A stretch of 64,000 bases of DNA from an uncultured Lactobacillus sp. (GTDB lineage Bacteria; Bacillota; Bacilli; Lactobacillales; Lactobacillaceae). The notes under the pieces are model-generated. The model searched no databases, was not told the origin of the DNA, and saw only the letters and a program-made list of their open reading frames with translations. Within the stretch, counting starts at the first letter, position 1; the number at the start of each line of letters is the position of its first letter. Location of the stretch: NCBI GenBank assembly GCA_946477855.1, contig CAMKZU010000008.1, forward strand, positions 3,102 through 67,101, read 5' to 3'. The translations under genes and the position numbers were made by a program. Positions 61,609 through 64,000 of the stretch are shown one piece after another.

Positions 61609-63063
61609 CTAATTAGCTTTCTCTTTGCTTTTATAAATACAGTTAAAAATAACAGATATTAATATAGCAACAAGTGAAACAAAGTAAACCCCTTTTAAAG
61701 CACTGAAAAGTACTTGTCTTAGCTGTGGAATTAAGTTCGCAGATAGTTCTTGGGCTTTAGCTGATGAAACTATTTTGTTCATCATGTCTGGTGTTAAATT
61801 CGGATGTTTTGCAAGTTGATGTGCCACCACAGTATTGAAGGTAATACCAAAAATGGAAACCATCATAGTCTGACCTAAATACCTCATTAATGTGTTAAAG
61901 GAAGTGGCAACACCAATATTTTCTTTAGAAACTAAAACCTGTGACCTAACCTGTGATGCGGTTAGAACTCCACCAAAGGAAAAGCCATTAAGCGTTGCTA
62001 TGACGCAAAATACCCAAAACGGAGTATGAATAGGAACAAGCAGTAACATACAATCAGCCACTAAAAGTACTGTAAGCAATCCAAAGAAGGTTTTTCTCAC
62101 ACCCCAGCGACTTAGCATGCCCCCGATCAAAAATGAACCTACAACCCACATAACAGAACTTGGAGTTACGGCAAAACCTGCTATAGTAGCAGAAGTTCCG
62201 TTAATGCCCTGCATCCAAGTTGGAATATAAAACTCAAAGCCAATAACTACCCCTGCTACAAGCAAGGTAATCATATTGACAGCTAAGAACTCTTTGCCCT
62301 TGAGCATTGAAAGTGGCATTATCGGGTCAGCGGCACGCTTTTCTTCATGATAAAAGATAATTGTACTAACGATGATTAAAGCAACCAAAGCCGCTAAAAT
62401 AAGCGGTTTAATGGTGCCAAGATCTTGTAATGTAAACATTAAAGTCAAAAGCAAAACAACTAGCCAAAATGTTCCTTTAACGTCAAGTTTAGTCTTTTGC
62501 TTATTCTTCGGTTCATTTAAGAAAAAGACAATTAATAAAAGTGCAATGATACCAATTGGCACATTAATGTAGAAAACCCAGTGCCAAGAAAGATTTTGCA
62601 CAATAAAGCCACCAAGTAATGGAGCAATGACTGAAGCTACGCCCCAAAAACCAGAGTTGAGACCCAGCATTTTTGTTCTTTTTTCCAGACTATATAAATC
62701 TGCAATTATGGTCATCGCAACTGGTTGAACAGCTCCAGAACCCAGTCCCTGAATAACACGGAATAAAATTAGTTCAACCATATTCTGAGCCTGACCACAA
62801 AGAGCAGACCCAATCACAAAAAGAGCTATTCCAAATAGAAAAATTGGTTTACGACCAAAGCTGTCTGCTAATTTGCCATATAAAGGAGTTGACACAGCAG
62901 TCATAAACAAAAATATGGAAACAACCCAATTCATAATTTCTAATCCATTCAGATCGGAAACAATTGTCGGCATTGCAGTAGAAACGATTGTACCTTCGAT
63001 GGCGGTCATAAATGTCGTCATAAAAATCGCAATCATTACTACTCGTACATTTGTCTTCTTCAC
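61609..63063 (-). CDS. MFS (DHA2-type) transporter
   Basis: TIVSTAMPTI, GKLADSFGRK, WHWVFYINVPIG; directly downstream of metK. Confidence 0.92.
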   Translation of the reverse strand: MKKTNVRVVMIAIFMTTFMTAIEGTIVSTAMPTIVSDLNGLEIMNWVVSIFLFMTAVSTPLYGKLADSFGRKPIFLFGIALFVIGSALCGQAQNMVELILFRVIQGLGSGAVQPVAMTIIADLYSLEKRTKMLGLNSGFWGVASVIAPLLGGFIVQNLSWHWVFYINVPIGIIALLLIVFFLNEPKNKQKTKLDVKGTFWLVVLLLTLMFTLQDLGTIKPLILAALVALIIVSTIIFYHEEKRAADPIMPLSMLKGKEFLAVNMITLLVAGVVIGFEFYIPTWMQGINGTSATIAGFAVTPSSVMWVVGSFLIGGMLSRWGVRKTFFGLLTVLLVADCMLLLVPIHTPFWVFCVIATLNGFSFGGVLTASQVRSQVLVSKENIGVATSFNTLMRYLGQTMMVSIFGITFNTVVAHQLAKHPNLTPDMMNKIVSSAKAQELSANLIPQLRQVLFSALKGVYFVSLVAILISVIFNCIYKSKEKAN

Positions 63064-63092
63064 AATTACAACTCCTTCATTAGCTGCTAAAA

Positions 63093-64000
63093 TTATTTAT
63101 TTTCATGAACAAAATTTAAAAGATCTTGAACTTTGTCCGTTTGCTCCCATGGTAAATCAATATCTGTTCTGCCAAAGTGTCCGTAAGCTGCTGTTTGCTC
63201 ATAAATCGGCCGCCTTAAATTAAGCATTTTAATTATCCCCGCTGGGCGCAAGTCAAAGACTTTACGTACTGCTTTTGTTAAAAGTTCATCACTTACTTTG
63301 CCAGTTCCGGCTGTATCAACCATAACTGAAACTGGATGGGCAACGCCAATTGCATAAGCTAATTGTACTTCACAGCGATCTGCCAAACCTGCAGCCACGA
63401 TATTTTTAGCCACATATCTGGCAGCGTAACTGGCACTGCGGTCAACTTTTGTCGGATCTTTTCCTGAAAATGCACCACCACCGTGGCGAGCATAACCACC
63501 GTAAGTATCAACAATAATTTTACGTCCAGTCAATCCTGAATCACCTTTAGGTCCACCAATAACAAAGCGACCTGATGGGTTAATCAGAAACTTGGTCTTT
63601 TCATCAAGGTATTTAGCAGGTATTACCTTTTTAATTGCCAAATCTATCATAGCTTGGCGAATCTCTTCGTTTGAAACCTGATCATCGGTTTGTGTTGAAA
63701 TAACAACGGTATCTACACGTGTTGGTTTTTGTTTTTCATCATATTCAACAGTCACTTCTGCCTTAGCATCAGGTCTAAGCCAAGTTAAAGTACCATCTTT
63801 GCGTAGCTTGGCAACCTGTCTCATCAAGCGATGGGCAAGCGAAATAGGCAAAGGCATTAATTCAGGCGTTTCATTGATTGCAAAACCAAACATTAAGCCT
63901 TGATCTCCCGCCCCAATTTGATCAAGCTGATCTTCGTCAGATTGATTTTCACGCGTTTCAAGAGAATGATCAACGCCTTGAGCAATATCAGGTGATTGTT
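63093..64000 (-). CDS. metK: S-adenosylmethionine synthetase (5' part outside window)
   Basis: Frame open to window edge: [28 protein letters not shown]. Confidence 0.97.
   Translation of the reverse strand, partial: QSPDIAQGVDHSLETRENQSDEDQLDQIGAGDQGLMFGFAINETPELMPLPISLAHRLMRQVAKLRKDGTLTWLRPDAKAEVTVEYDEKQKPTRVDTVVISTQTDDQVSNEEIRQAMIDLAIKKVIPAKYLDEKTKFLINPSGRFVIGGPKGDSGLTGRKIIVDTYGGYARHGGGAFSGKDPTKVDRSASYAARYVAKNIVAAGLADRCEVQLAYAIGVAHPVSVMVDTAGTGKVSDELLTKAVRKVFDLRPAGIIKMLNLRRPIYEQTAAYGHFGRTDIDLPWEQTDKVQDLLNFVHENK

Noticed and set aside
1028-63223. Many short ORFs in the track antisense or frame-shifted within real genes (e.g. 2979-3497, 53728-54177, 62873-63223)
   Set aside because: Shadow ORFs of well-supported CDSs with no recognisable motifs
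1-64000. CRISPR array, transposase, integrase, prophage or defence genes
   Set aside because: No regularly spaced repeats and no such protein motifs in any ORF
63093-64000. SMK-box riboswitch for metK
   Set aside because: The metK 5' end and leader lie outside the window

Overview
Low-GC Firmicute chromosome segment, most consistent with Lactobacillus sensu stricto (acidophilus/delbrueckii-type gene order and proteins; species cannot be assigned from sequence alone). Most genes are on the minus strand. Core blocks: thrS-dnaI-dnaB-nrdR-coaE-mutM-polA, murC-ytpR-trx-trmB-ecsBA, HIT-prsA, yhaMNO-ylbF-pbp2A, fba-argS-ldt-nnrD-dacA, tRNA-Leu(CAG), murJ-leuS, MFS-metK. Three T-box leaders precede thrS, argS and leuS. 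Two accessory nutrient-scavenging regions stand out. (1) About 25.0-40.7 kb: an orphan OppA with PepR, a cytosolic beta-lactamase-fold hydrolase, a kinase-less fructose-type PTS/class II aldolase operon, and a RAT-controlled beta-glucoside-type PTS whose only catabolic partner is an alpha/beta-hydrolase (esterase) instead of a phospho-beta-glucosidase. That esterase is duplicated, and the antiterminator is frameshifted in an A7 run. (2) About 46.7-54.8 kb, next to tRNA-Leu: a GfrF/FrlB-like Amadori deglycase, a mannose-family PTS lacking IIA, an orphan EutH, a PLP enzyme and tandem GntR regulators. The best candidates for undescribed systems are a PTS/esterase route for acyl-sugar esters and a glycated-amine (possibly fructosyl-ethanolamine) utilisation locus; both substrate assignments are inference. 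No CRISPR array, transposase, integrase or phage gene was seen.
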